A stretch of 64,000 bases of DNA from Candidatus Latescibacterota bacterium. Lineage in GTDB: Bacteria; Latescibacterota; UBA2968; UBA8231. The stretch lies in the NCBI GenBank assembly GCA_965248265.1, contig CBDFJF010000002.1, positions 2,912,001-2,976,000 of the forward strand, given 5' to 3'. Position numbers and translations under genes: made by a program. The notes beneath the pieces are model-generated. The model made no database searches and was not told the DNA's origin. It saw nothing but the letters and a program-made list of their open reading frames with translations. Below, piece after piece: positions 30,132 through 40,390 of the stretch. Every line of letters starts with the position of its first letter. Position 1 is the first letter of the stretch.

Positions 30132-30874
30132 ACGCGGAACAGATCTATCTCTTCGACCTTCAGGGTTACGTCGTTCTGAAAGGGGTAGTGGCACCGCAGA
30201 CGGTGGCCAAGGTTAATGAAGCGCTTGATCGTTTCGAGGAGATGGACCCGGCCGAATATCCTCCGCCTCTGAAGGTGGGCGATGAGCGCACTTCCGGGAA
30301 TCTTTTCCTCTCCAACGTTCTCGAAGGTGACCCCGCATTCCGTCCGCTCATCGACCTGCCACCCATCATCGATGTGATCTCCACAGTGACGGGTGGACCG
30401 TACCGGCTCAATCACACCTACGCCATCTATCGCTGGGGGGGCGGCTACACCCGCCTGCACATGCACGGCACACCCATCCAGCCCAAGTGTCACTATCGGT
30501 GCCACAATGGGCAGATGCTGTCGACTCTGACCAAGGCGGTGTTCCCGATGGTCGACGCGCGTGCGGAGGATGGATGCTTCGCCGTGTCCCCCGGGGCTCA
30601 CAAGAGCAACTTTCCCAGGCCGTGGGGAGACGAGCCGGTTGACAATCCCACGCTGATACCGGTTGAGGCCGACCCCGGCGACTGCATCATATTCACGGAA
30701 GCGCTGACGCATGGCTCCATGACGAATACTTCCGGGCGTCCCAGGCGCACGGTATATTATTGCTACAGCACCGGCTACATGCCCGACTGGGGTGGGCAGC
30801 ATTTGACGTTCAGCGATGCCGTCAACGACGGACTCTCCGACGCCCAGCAGGAAATCATCAAACTGAAGATGTGA
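30128..30874 (+). CDS. Phytanoyl-CoA dioxygenase (PhyH) family protein
   Basis: YLFDLQGYVVL, PGAHKSN, GD.IIF.EALTHGS, RR; start MNAEQ overlaps the amidase stop. Confidence 0.8.
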   Translation: MNAEQIYLFDLQGYVVLKGVVAPQTVAKVNEALDRFEEMDPAEYPPPLKVGDERTSGNLFLSNVLEGDPAFRPLIDLPPIIDVISTVTGGPYRLNHTYAIYRWGGGYTRLHMHGTPIQPKCHYRCHNGQMLSTLTKAVFPMVDARAEDGCFAVSPGAHKSNFPRPWGDEPVDNPTLIPVEADPGDCIIFTEALTHGSMTNTSGRPRRTVYYCYSTGYMPDWGGQHLTFSDAVNDGLSDAQQEIIKLKM

Positions 30875-31134
30875 GCACCGTTGAGATGCTGTCGATAACG
30901 AATTATCTGATTGACAATCCGATGATCGCCATGGGGCTTATCATCCTGGTGGTGCTATGCATCTACAATGTCTTGCGGCGGCAGGCCCGTGTGGCCATGG
31001 GTTCGTGGCTGCTGATCCTGGTCGTTCTCTTCTACATATATTCTCAGACGAGCCGGCCCGGTGCCGATGGCACAGATGAGCTCGACGAGGCGGAGCTGCC
31101 TGGTGACGCCATGGAAGAGCTTGTACAACCCTGA
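30871..31134 (+). CDS. Small 2-TM membrane protein
   Basis: GTGA overlap with the upstream gene, two hydrophobic helices, acidic tail. Confidence 0.6.
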   Translation: MSTVEMLSITNYLIDNPMIAMGLIILVVLCIYNVLRRQARVAMGSWLLILVVLFYIYSQTSRPGADGTDELDEAELPGDAMEELVQP

Positions 31135-31260
31135 GGCGTCGACGAGATCGTCGGCGCCCCGTGACAGGTCGTCGATACCCGTGACGCCCATCACGCTGCC
31201 GGCTATTCCCCCCGGAATACCTTCCCCTGTACCCATGACGTCACCAGCGGAGTCGGCTGA

Positions 31261-32967
31261 ATGTATTCGATCAGCTTGAGTACCGATCGCCTGCGTCATC
31301 TGTTGCAGGAGATCGATGAAAACAACCTTGACTACCATCTACATCCAGCCAGGGATGTGCCTGGTCCGGGGGGCGGCGTCTATATCACAGCGCAGACGCG
31401 GTTGAATGCCAAGGTCCTGGACTGGATCGAGGGTCGCAATCCCTCTCCTGATTCGACGACCTACCTGGATGTCGTCTTCGTACATGAAGGACAGGAGCCA
31501 CCTAGGCCCGGGGCGAAAACCGAGCCCGGGTTGCCGCCTGGCCTGGCTCCCACGGAGGATGACGAGCCTGCACAAGAAAGCAAGGAGAAGGCGGAGAAAC
31601 GAGCGGAAACTACCTCGAAGAAAGTGGTTTCGACCGCCAAGGAGCTCGCAGCTGATGCCGAGCGTGTGTACCGCAACATCGGTACTCACGACTTTTCCGT
31701 GTCGGATCTCGACAAGCCGGACGTTCAGGCCAGCATGCGAGAGTTCGAACGCGGCTTCCGTAGTTTTCGTGGTGCAGTGAGGAAGGCGCTCGACGAGTAC
31801 CTGAACGGCAATACTCTGGTTATGGACCTGATCCTCAAGTTCCAGCTGGACAAGCCGACGGTTCAACACGCCCTCAGTGTCGCCGCCTTCGCGACGGAGA
31901 TGACTACCCTGCTGGCCATGAAGGAAGGAGAGGGTGACGAAGCACAGCTGCAGGCCTACTTCGGCGACCTATCGAACGTACACCTGATGGAATTGCTCGG
32001 GGAAGACCCTGATGAGGTTGATCAGCTCACCCCCGAGGAGGTCCACGAAAAGCGTTACGAGCTGTTCCGCAACGAGCTGGTCGAGATCTTTCTGGGTGGC
32101 TTCATGCACGATTGCGGATTGTGGACGGAACCCTTCAACTTCCAAGAAGGCCACGAAGTAAAAGGAGCCAAGCTCATCGCCCGCACGCAGGAAGTACACG
32201 AGTTCGCTCCTGCGCTGGTCGCCATCGTGCTGTTTCACTCAGATCTGATAAGACTGGCACGAAAGAAATCGGCCGTGCGTATCACTGAGAAGCCGGAGGA
32301 TCTGGAGAAGACGGCCTTCAAGAGGGAGTTCTACGACAGCGAAGAAGACGCCCAGGCGGCCATCGAACTGCGACACGGCAATTTCGAGGCGGAGGTTTTG
32401 AGTGCTGAGCACTTGCGCAAGATCTTGCCGGTTGCTCTGGCCGAACACTTCATCAGCCAAACCGAGGACGTCTACACCAAGTCACCCGCGGATGTCATCG
32501 GCGAACTGTGCCAGGCCGTGGGCAGTGGCCAGTTCCCCAAGTACATGGTGGTGTTGTGCAATTCGCGTGTGGAGGCGGTAGCTCCCAGGCGATCCCTGGT
32601 GAAGCTGGATGGCTACATCTCCGTCATCGTCGAGGGTAAAGGCAAGGATTCACGCCGGGCACAGCGGCTCGAGGTCGATGGTTACGATGCGGGCAGCCTG
32701 TTTCACGGCCGGGATCGAAACTCGCCTCACCTGATAACCCTGTTCATGCGTCGCGGTGACGGCAGCCGGGCCAAAGCCGAATACGTCAATCCACACGAAT
32801 CGTCGTTGTGGGAACGGGCAGCAGGTCCAGACAGCCGCATGTACCTGCCGGCCGGGCGCTACCGCAACAACCTCTCTTTCCGTGTTACCGGGTTCATGAG
32901 CGAAGAGGTGTTCGCCAAGGTGCTGGGGGAATACGAGCAGGAACTCAAACGCCGAATCGACCCATAA
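31261..32967 (+). CDS. HD-domain protein (degenerate HD-GYP-like)
   Basis: QHALSVA, GGFMHDCG, HEVKGAKLI, IVLFH; no GYP motif. Confidence 0.6.
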   Translation: MYSISLSTDRLRHLLQEIDENNLDYHLHPARDVPGPGGGVYITAQTRLNAKVLDWIEGRNPSPDSTTYLDVVFVHEGQEPPRPGAKTEPGLPPGLAPTEDDEPAQESKEKAEKRAETTSKKVVSTAKELAADAERVYRNIGTHDFSVSDLDKPDVQASMREFERGFRSFRGAVRKALDEYLNGNTLVMDLILKFQLDKPTVQHALSVAAFATEMTTLLAMKEGEGDEAQLQAYFGDLSNVHLMELLGEDPDEVDQLTPEEVHEKRYELFRNELVEIFLGGFMHDCGLWTEPFNFQEGHEVKGAKLIARTQEVHEFAPALVAIVLFHSDLIRLARKKSAVRITEKPEDLEKTAFKREFYDSEEDAQAAIELRHGNFEAEVLSAEHLRKILPVALAEHFISQTEDVYTKSPADVIGELCQAVGSGQFPKYMVVLCNSRVEAVAPRRSLVKLDGYISVIVEGKGKDSRRAQRLEVDGYDAGSLFHGRDRNSPHLITLFMRRGDGSRAKAEYVNPHESSLWERAAGPDSRMYLPAGRYRNNLSFRVTGFMSEEVFAKVLGEYEQELKRRIDP

Positions 32968-33004
32968 AAAAAGTCCCCGTCGAGTAGCAGCTACTCGACG
33001 GGGA
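32965..33004 (-). terminator. Intrinsic terminator, minus-strand orientation
   Basis: TCCCCGTCGAGTAG/CTACTCGACGGGGA stem (32974-33004) preceded by an A7 run on +, which is a U-tail on -. Confidence 0.7.
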
Positions 33005-33211
33005 GCCCCAAGAAATCAGGATCAGAGAAGTCCTGGCGTACCTCAACTGGTCCAGTTGTAATAGATCGGCTGCAGGTGCAGGAACTTGAGCTTTTCAACC
33101 AAGACGGCCGTATTTGCGAAGGTTGGCCATCCACCTTTTCTTGATCACGGAGGAGCCCGTGGACGGGCTCCTCGGAATGCGACGGATGCTGCACAAAGCG
33201 GAGAAGGCTAG

Positions 33212-34570
33212 GTGATCGACGTCAAAGTGGTGCGAGCCAATCCAGAGGCGATGAAAGAGGCCGTGCGGGTGAGGGGGGTGGATCCTTCCGACGCCGACGT
33301 TGATCGCTGGTTGGAGTTGGACGGCAAGAGGCGACAACTCCAGGTCGAAATAGATGCGCTCAACGCCGAGAAGAAGCAGTTGGCTCAACTCGGTCGCAGC
33401 GACCCGGACGCAGCGCGCGCCCAGGGCCAACAACTGCGCGAACGTGGTCGCGAGTTGGAGCAGGACCTGGGTGTGATCAGTGAGCAAGAGCAGCGCATCA
33501 TGGACTGGTTTCCGAACTGGCCTCACCCCGACATGCCACATGGGGAAGGTGAGGAAGACAATGTAGAGGAGAGCGCCTGGGTCCCCGGTAGCGGCTACGT
33601 CGATGCCTCAAAGCTCGGTACGGGTGACAGCAGCGCCGGCAGCATGCCGGCTACGCCCGCGCACGCCGGAGACGATGAATTCACCCCGCGGGAGCATGCT
33701 GATTTCGGAGTCGATTTCGGCATCGACACCCTGCAGGGCGCGCACGTCTCCGGATCCCGCTTTGCCTACTTGCGCGGAGACGCAGCGCGGTTGCAGTACG
33801 GGCTGCAGCAGCTGCTCGCGAACGAGTTGATCAGACGGGGCTACGAAATGATGGTGCCGCCTCTGCTGGTGCGGGAACGCACCCTTTACGGCACGTCGCA
33901 CTTCCCCGAAGGACGCGACCAGGTCTACGGCATTCAAGCTGAGAACGTGGAGGAAGGGGCACAGCTGTTTCTGGTAGGCTCTTCGGAGCCTTCCAATTTC
34001 AGTTACTTCATGGACAGGATGCTGAAGGAGAGCGAATTGCCGATCCGGTTATTCGCCTATACGACCTGTTTTCGCTCGGAGGCTGGTTCCTGGGGCAGAG
34101 ACGTCAAGGGCATAAAACGAGTGCATCAATTCGACAAGATCGAGATGAACAGCGTTTGCACTGCCGAGCAATCCGAGCAGCTCTACGAGGAGTTCGGTCA
34201 GATCAACGAGTGGCTGCTGCAGACACTGCAGCTCCCATATCGCGTCGTCGACAAGTGCACGGGGGACGCAGGCTATCTTGCCAGCCACCGTCAACGCGAC
34301 CTGGAGGTCTGGCTCCCTGGAACCGGTAGTTTCATGGAGGTCATGACCGATACCAACACCACCGATTACCAGGCGCGCCGTATGAACATCCGCTACAAGG
34401 GCAACAAAGGCGGACCCAAATTCTGCCACACCGTCAACGATACCGGTTGTGCCATGGGTCGCATGATCATTTCAATCCTGGAAAATTATCAGCAAAGTGA
34501 TGGCTCAGTGAAGGTTCCAGAAGCGCTGCGTGATGTTCTCCAGAAGTATCGCTTAGGTCCTGTTTCCTGA
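33212..34570 (+). CDS. serS: Serine--tRNA ligase
   Basis: N-terminal coiled coil, CFRSEAGSWGRD, RVHQFDKIE, TDYQARR, HTVN, ENYQ. Confidence 0.97.
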   Translation: MIDVKVVRANPEAMKEAVRVRGVDPSDADVDRWLELDGKRRQLQVEIDALNAEKKQLAQLGRSDPDAARAQGQQLRERGRELEQDLGVISEQEQRIMDWFPNWPHPDMPHGEGEEDNVEESAWVPGSGYVDASKLGTGDSSAGSMPATPAHAGDDEFTPREHADFGVDFGIDTLQGAHVSGSRFAYLRGDAARLQYGLQQLLANELIRRGYEMMVPPLLVRERTLYGTSHFPEGRDQVYGIQAENVEEGAQLFLVGSSEPSNFSYFMDRMLKESELPIRLFAYTTCFRSEAGSWGRDVKGIKRVHQFDKIEMNSVCTAEQSEQLYEEFGQINEWLLQTLQLPYRVVDKCTGDAGYLASHRQRDLEVWLPGTGSFMEVMTDTNTTDYQARRMNIRYKGNKGGPKFCHTVNDTGCAMGRMIISILENYQQSDGSVKVPEALRDVLQKYRLGPVS

Positions 34571-34582
34571 GGGTGTGTAACT

Positions 34583-35470
34583 GTGGTTGCGAGAATACTG
34601 GATGGAATGGAATTGGCCGCTTCCCTGCGGTCGGAGATGAAGGAGGACGTGGCGCGCCTGAAGGCGGAGCATGACCTGATCCCGGGTCTCGCTGTCGTTC
34701 TGGTCGGTGACGATCCGGCGTCGATCTCCTACGTACGAGGCAAGCACAAGGCCTGCGACGAGATCGGCATCTACTCCCAGGAGGATAAGTTTGACGCGGA
34801 CCTGTCGCAGAGCGACCTAGAGGACGTCATCGCCAGGCTCAACCAGGATGATCGCATCAATGGCATTCTGGTGCAGGTGCCGCTGCCGGATGGTCTGGAT
34901 GAGGATGCGGCCATGAACGCGCTCGATCCCGACAAGGATGTCGACGGTCTCCATCCGGTCAACCTCGGCCGCCTGATGCGGCAGGAGCCCGGCTTCTGGC
35001 CCTGCACGCCCCATGGCATACAGATGATGCTCAAACGCAGTGAGATCGAGGTCGCCGGCCGGCACGTTGTCGTCGTCGGACGCAGCAGTCTCGTCGGCAG
35101 GCCGGTAGCCAACATCCTGGGGCAGAAGGCGGATGGAGCCAACGCCACGGTGACGATGTGTCACACCGGAACCCGGGACCTTGGCGCTTTTACCCGCATG
35201 GCCGACATCCTCATCGTCGTCGCCGGGAGTCCAGGTGCCATCACTTCGGACATGGTAGGTGAGGGGGCCGTCGTCATCGACGTCGGCGTCTCGCGGGTAG
35301 AAGATCCCAGTCGAAAGCGAGGCTATCGACTGGTCGGTGACGTCGATTTCGACAACGTCAAGGACAAGGCATCCGCGATCACGCCGGTGCCTGGTGGGGT
35401 TGGGCCGATGACGATTACGATGCTGCTCTACAACACCATCCTCGCCGCCAAGCGCACCCGGGGTCTATGA
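34583..35470 (+). CDS. folD: Bifunctional methylene-THF dehydrogenase/cyclohydrolase
   Basis: PGLAVVLVGDDPAS, KDVDG, PCTP, VPGGVGPMT. Confidence 0.97.
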   Translation: MVARILDGMELAASLRSEMKEDVARLKAEHDLIPGLAVVLVGDDPASISYVRGKHKACDEIGIYSQEDKFDADLSQSDLEDVIARLNQDDRINGILVQVPLPDGLDEDAAMNALDPDKDVDGLHPVNLGRLMRQEPGFWPCTPHGIQMMLKRSEIEVAGRHVVVVGRSSLVGRPVANILGQKADGANATVTMCHTGTRDLGAFTRMADILIVVAGSPGAITSDMVGEGAVVIDVGVSRVEDPSRKRGYRLVGDVDFDNVKDKASAITPVPGGVGPMTITMLLYNTILAAKRTRGL

Positions 35471-36978
35471 GTAGCGCGGTCGTTCCCATCCTGATCGGTG
35501 ATACCTGGACGGAACCTGCCGTCAGCAGTTTTACGCCCGTCCACAACCCGTGCAAGGGTGAGGTCATCGCCCGAACGCCTCACTGCAACGCCTTGGATAT
35601 CGATCTGGCCGTGCGCGTGGCCCAGGAAGCTTTTCCCGCATGGGCAGCGACGCCGGCGCCGGACCGGGCACGCGTGCTCTTCAAATACAGGGAGCTGCTG
35701 GTCCACCATGCTGATGATCTCAGCCGCATTATCGTTGAAGAAAGCGGCAAGACGCTGGCTGAGGCTGGGGGTGATCTGCAACGCGGGCTGGAAGTGGTGG
35801 AGTTCGCCTGTGGAATCGGTCATCTCAGCAAGGGCGAGACCTTGCCCGAGCTCGCTGCCGGCATCGACGGAGCGACCACCCGCGAGCCACTCGGGATCTG
35901 CGCCGGCATCACGCCATTTAATTTTCCGGCGATGGTGCCGATGTGGATGTACCCGGTGGCCATCGCCTGCGGCAATTGCTTCATCCTCAAACCAAGTGAG
36001 AAGGTCCCGCTGACGGCCAATCGCCTCGCCGAGTTGTTTGTGGAAGCGGGTTTGCCGCAAGGCGTGCTCAACGTCGTTCACGGTGGCGCGGAAGTCGTCG
36101 ACGCGATCTGCGTCCACGATGGCATTTCCGCCGTGAGCTTCGTCGGTTCATCAGCCGTGGCCAGGCACGTGTACGAACTGGCCTGCCGGCACGGCAAGCG
36201 GGTGCAGTCGGCCGGCGGCGCCAAGAACACGCTACTGGTAATGCCGGATGCGCTGGAATCAGGTATGGCCGCCGAGGCTGCAGAGCAGGACCCGACGATC
36301 CGGGCCATCATGAACTCGGCTTTTGGGTGTGCTGGTCAGCGCTGCATGGCTGGGTCGCTGATGATGGGTGTCGGTGATTCGGCTGACACCCTGCGCGACC
36401 AGGTCATCGGAGCCATGAATGGCCTGGTGACCGATGACACGCTGGACAATCCCGATGCGGGCATGGGTGCTGTCATCGATTCAAACGCAAGAGACCGTCT
36501 TTTCAAGCAGATCGACGAGGCGCAGGGACAGGGGATGGAAGTGGCGCGTGACGGCCGTGAAGGTATTCCCGATCAGGGCTTCTTCGTCGGGCCGAGTTTG
36601 CTCGATGGCGTCACGCCTCATCAACGCATCTTCACGGATGAGCTGTTCGGTCCGGTATTGGGCATGATGCGGCCGCAGAGTCTAGATGAAGCCATCGAGT
36701 GGACGAACCGGATCCCCTACGGCAACGCAGCTACCATCTTTACCCACGACGGCGGCGCGGCGCGCAAATTCGCACGCGAAGTCGAATGCGGAATGGTCGG
36801 GATTAATCTCGGTGTTCCGGCTCCCATGGCCCAGTTCTCGTTTTCGGGCTGGGACCTCTCGTTCTATGGCGACTTACACGTGCAAGGCACTGAAGGCATC
36901 ATGTTCTACACCAGGCAGAAGACGGTGTTGACCCGCTGGGGCCGCGCTGGAGGTACTTGGTTCGGTTCACGGACGTGA
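35467..36978 (+). CDS. mmsA: CoA-acylating methylmalonate-semialdehyde dehydrogenase
   Basis: ITPFNFPAMVP, KPSEKVP, GGAKN, GCAGQRCMA, ELFGPV. Confidence 0.9.
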   Translation: MSSAVVPILIGDTWTEPAVSSFTPVHNPCKGEVIARTPHCNALDIDLAVRVAQEAFPAWAATPAPDRARVLFKYRELLVHHADDLSRIIVEESGKTLAEAGGDLQRGLEVVEFACGIGHLSKGETLPELAAGIDGATTREPLGICAGITPFNFPAMVPMWMYPVAIACGNCFILKPSEKVPLTANRLAELFVEAGLPQGVLNVVHGGAEVVDAICVHDGISAVSFVGSSAVARHVYELACRHGKRVQSAGGAKNTLLVMPDALESGMAAEAAEQDPTIRAIMNSAFGCAGQRCMAGSLMMGVGDSADTLRDQVIGAMNGLVTDDTLDNPDAGMGAVIDSNARDRLFKQIDEAQGQGMEVARDGREGIPDQGFFVGPSLLDGVTPHQRIFTDELFGPVLGMMRPQSLDEAIEWTNRIPYGNAATIFTHDGGAARKFAREVECGMVGINLGVPAPMAQFSFSGWDLSFYGDLHVQGTEGIMFYTRQKTVLTRWGRAGGTWFGSRT

Positions 36979-36987
36979 CCGTCGTTC

Positions 36988-38850
36988 ATGGTTCGAACTG
37001 CACTTGACCCCCTCTGTACTCGAGCGCCTGAGGCTACCTACCACATCTGCGGCCACATCGGGGAATACCTCGAGGCCGTGACCGAGCAATGGCTCAAGTC
37101 GGCGCCCCACGCCAATCCTGCCATGCTCGAGATGTTCCGCGACCGTGACCGGCAGCCGAGGCGAAACCTGCTGCCCTGGTCGGGTGAATTCGCCGGCAAG
37201 CATCTCACCGCTTCCGTGCAGCTGCTGAGATTGAGACCCGACGAATCTCTCCGTGTGGAAATCGCCGAGTTCGTTCTTCAACTCGTCCAGTTGCAGGACG
37301 CCGACGGTTATCTCGGCCCCTTCCCGGCGGATTGTCGACTCACGGGCACGGCCCCGAATATCGGCAAGAAGGCGGGCACCTGGGACGCCTGGGGCCACTA
37401 CCACATCATGCTGGGACTGATGCTGTGGCATGATGACACCGATGACCGCAAGGCGCTCAGCTGCGCTACCCGTATCGGTGATCTGATCTGCCGCAAGTTC
37501 CTCAGGAGCCGGAAAGGCAAACGCCTCGTCGACACTGGCAGTACGGAGAAGAATCTGGCTGTCATTCATTCGCTGTGCCTCCTCTACCGCAAGTCAGGAG
37601 AGCAACGTTATCTGGATATGGCCTTCCGCATCACTCGGGAGTTCGCGGCCTGTGATCGAGGGGTGCCGCTGGCCGGCGACTACGTCGGCGCCGCCCTGAG
37701 CGGCCTCGAGTTCTTCGAGAGCCCCAAGCCGCGCTGGGAGAGCCTGCACCCCATCATGGGAATGCTGGAGCTATACTGGTTGACGGGTCAGGAGCCGTTC
37801 CGGGCTGCGTTCGAGCATTGGTGGTGGAGCATCGTCAAGCTGGACCGCCACAACAACGGCGGCTTCACCTCAGCGGAAAGGGCCCAGGGCAATCCCTATC
37901 ACCAGGGGGCTATCGAGACCTGCTGCACGATTGCCTGGATCGCCATGAGCGTGGAGATGCTCAGACTCACCGGCGATTCCAGGGTGGCGGATGAGATCGA
38001 ACTTTCGACACTCAATTCCGTGATCGGTCTCCATTCCAGTTCAGGCCGATGGGTCACTTACAACACGCCCATGGATGGGGTGCGCAAAGCCAGTGCCCAT
38101 GACATCGTCTTTCAGGCTCGGGAGGGCAGTCCGGAGCTGAATTGCTGTAGCGTGAATGGTCCGCGTGGCCTGGGAATGATCAGTGACTGGGCCCTGATGG
38201 CGGATGATGACGGATTGTTGCTCAACTGGTATGGACCATCCAGTGTGAGTGCGGTTGTTGCCGGCAGCCGGGTAACGCTGAGGCAGGATACGGAGTATCC
38301 GAGAAAAGGCCGGGTCGTGGTACGAGTGAACCCGGTCAAACCAACGCGATTTTCTCTCAAACTGCGTATCCCCTACTGGTCTGAAGGCACACGGGTTCAG
38401 CTGAACGGACAATCCTTGGATGCCACGACCGTCGAACCAGGTCGCTATCTCGTCGTCGACAGACAATGGCGTCGCGGCGATGTCGTCGTTCTCGAGTTCG
38501 GATTTCAGCTACGACACTGGGTTGGCGAGAAGGAGTGCCGCGGTCGCAGCTCGCTCTATCGCGGACCTGTTTTGCTGACTTATGACAGACGGTTTAATGA
38601 ATTGGACCCCAATCAGTTACCGTCGTTGGACGCAGCTACTCTCAAGCCCAGGTTGGTGTCATCTCAAAACGCAAATGACGCCATCGTTCTGGTTGATTGC
38701 GCAGACGCATCTGGAGCGCGGCTTCGTCTTTGTGACTTTGGCAGCGCCGGCGAGGGCGGCTCACCGTATCTTTCCTGGCTGCCAATGAGCAACACACGCA
38801 AGACGCGCTTCTCGCGGGCAAATCCGCTACGCGGCGGACGGCTGCGCTGA
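36988..38850 (+). CDS. GH127/GH146 beta-L-arabinofuranosidase-like protein
   Basis: ETCCTIAW, NCCSVNGPRG, LRIPYW, RGPVLL. Confidence 0.85.
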   Translation: MVRTALDPLCTRAPEATYHICGHIGEYLEAVTEQWLKSAPHANPAMLEMFRDRDRQPRRNLLPWSGEFAGKHLTASVQLLRLRPDESLRVEIAEFVLQLVQLQDADGYLGPFPADCRLTGTAPNIGKKAGTWDAWGHYHIMLGLMLWHDDTDDRKALSCATRIGDLICRKFLRSRKGKRLVDTGSTEKNLAVIHSLCLLYRKSGEQRYLDMAFRITREFAACDRGVPLAGDYVGAALSGLEFFESPKPRWESLHPIMGMLELYWLTGQEPFRAAFEHWWWSIVKLDRHNNGGFTSAERAQGNPYHQGAIETCCTIAWIAMSVEMLRLTGDSRVADEIELSTLNSVIGLHSSSGRWVTYNTPMDGVRKASAHDIVFQAREGSPELNCCSVNGPRGLGMISDWALMADDDGLLLNWYGPSSVSAVVAGSRVTLRQDTEYPRKGRVVVRVNPVKPTRFSLKLRIPYWSEGTRVQLNGQSLDATTVEPGRYLVVDRQWRRGDVVVLEFGFQLRHWVGEKECRGRSSLYRGPVLLTYDRRFNELDPNQLPSLDAATLKPRLVSSQNANDAIVLVDCADASGARLRLCDFGSAGEGGSPYLSWLPMSNTRKTRFSRANPLRGGRLR

Positions 38851-38895
38851 ATTGGCGCACCGATGTATCGTCACCGTTTCCGGAGAATGACCTGA

Positions 38896-39708
38896 ATGAA
38901 ATACCGCTTCGCTGAGATGATCTGGAACGAGATCAGGGATGCGGCAGCCCAGGACCGGGTTGCCGTGTTACCGGTGGCCACCTACGAGGATCACGGCCCG
39001 CATCTTCCCGTAGACACGGACGTCGTCCTGTGTACGGGTATCTGCGAGCGTGCTGTTTCCCGGATTTCCTCAGAGGCCGTACTGGCACCACCGGTGCCGC
39101 ATGGCTACAGCCCGCATCACATGGACTTTCACGGCACCCTGACCATAGAGTGGGATACCTTCATCCGTTACGTGAAGGACGTCTGCTGCAGCCTGGCGCA
39201 TCACGGCTTCAAGCGCATCCTCGTCGTCAACGGACATGGCAGCAACACCTCGCCCCTGGACATGTCCGCCAGACTGACGGTGGTCGAGTACGGGAGCCGC
39301 GTTCTGTGTGCATCCGTCAACCATTGGGACGTGCGAAAAGCCAAGACTGAAGGGGCCAAACTGCGCGACAGCGACTACGGCGGTACCTCACACGCCGGTG
39401 AGTACGAGACCTCCCTCTACCTGGCACTCAAGCCCGACCTGGTAGAGATGGACAAGGCCGTCGACGAGCGCTCGCCGATGTCGCCCAGCTTCAAGACCGA
39501 CCTTCTCGCCGGGGCTCATCCGGAGGGCTCGGTCGCGCGCCTGATCCCGTATTGGAGCGCGCAGACGGCCAGCGGTGTGATGGGGGATGCGACGAAAGCC
39601 ACCGTGGAAAAAGGCGAGCAGTTCCTGGAAGCGGCTGTTACCGGGTTGGTCGAACTCATTCAGGAACTCAAGGCACAGCCGATCCTGCCACGACGAGATC
39701 AGCATTGA
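38896..39708 (+). CDS. Creatininase family amidohydrolase
   Basis: EDHGPHLPVDTD, SPHH, NGHGSN, HAGEYETS. Confidence 0.92.
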   Translation: MKYRFAEMIWNEIRDAAAQDRVAVLPVATYEDHGPHLPVDTDVVLCTGICERAVSRISSEAVLAPPVPHGYSPHHMDFHGTLTIEWDTFIRYVKDVCCSLAHHGFKRILVVNGHGSNTSPLDMSARLTVVEYGSRVLCASVNHWDVRKAKTEGAKLRDSDYGGTSHAGEYETSLYLALKPDLVEMDKAVDERSPMSPSFKTDLLAGAHPEGSVARLIPYWSAQTASGVMGDATKATVEKGEQFLEAAVTGLVELIQELKAQPILPRRDQH

Positions 39709-40367
39709 AGCGCACACCTGAGCCCGAATTGATGGATGGAGAGGATCAGGCTCGAGCCTACGCCCAGGCCGATTTCTCTGAGCCCCACGATCATTTCATC
39801 CAGCTGCTGAGCGAAACATTCTCTGATTTGCCGGATGTGGGGACGGCGCTGGATCTGGGCTGTGGCCCCGGAGATATCTCGCTGCGTTTCGCGCGCGCCT
39901 TCCAGGGCTGGACCGTCCACGGGCTGGATGGCTCTCGCGCCATGCTGCGACACGGTTATGAAGCGGTGGCCCAGGCCGGACTGGAGGAGCGCGTCGTGCT
40001 GGTGAAGAGCTACCTTCCAGAGGGCGAAGCGCCAGCAGAGCAGTACGACCTGGTATTCTCGAACAGCCTGCTACATCACCTGCCCAAGGCTGAGATCTTA
40101 TGGCAGGCTGTCAAGCGCTGGGCTGCCCCCACAGCTCCAGTATTCGTGATGGATCTGCTGCGGCCCAGTGATGCGGCTCAAGCTCGCAAGCTGGTCCGGG
40201 CACAGGTCGGCTACGAGCCGGAGGTACTGCAACAGGATTTCCACAACTCTCTGCTGGCCGCCTATTCCATCGATGAAGTGGAGGGGCAACTGGTGCAGGC
40301 TGAGCTGTCGCAGCTGAACGTCAGGCAAGTCAGTGACCGGCACCTGACGGCCAGCGGTCAGATTTAG
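39705..40367 (+). CDS. Class I SAM-dependent methyltransferase
   Basis: TTG start (LKRTPEPELMD), LDLGCGPG, SNSLLHH. Confidence 0.85.
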   Translation: MKRTPEPELMDGEDQARAYAQADFSEPHDHFIQLLSETFSDLPDVGTALDLGCGPGDISLRFARAFQGWTVHGLDGSRAMLRHGYEAVAQAGLEERVVLVKSYLPEGEAPAEQYDLVFSNSLLHHLPKAEILWQAVKRWAAPTAPVFVMDLLRPSDAAQARKLVRAQVGYEPEVLQQDFHNSLLAAYSIDEVEGQLVQAELSQLNVRQVSDRHLTASGQI

Positions 40368-40390
40368 AGGAACCGCTTCGAAAGGATTTC

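Noticed and set aside
33005-33211. T-box riboswitch upstream of serS
   Set aside because: No GGTGGNACCGCG T-box sequence and no + strand U-tailed terminator
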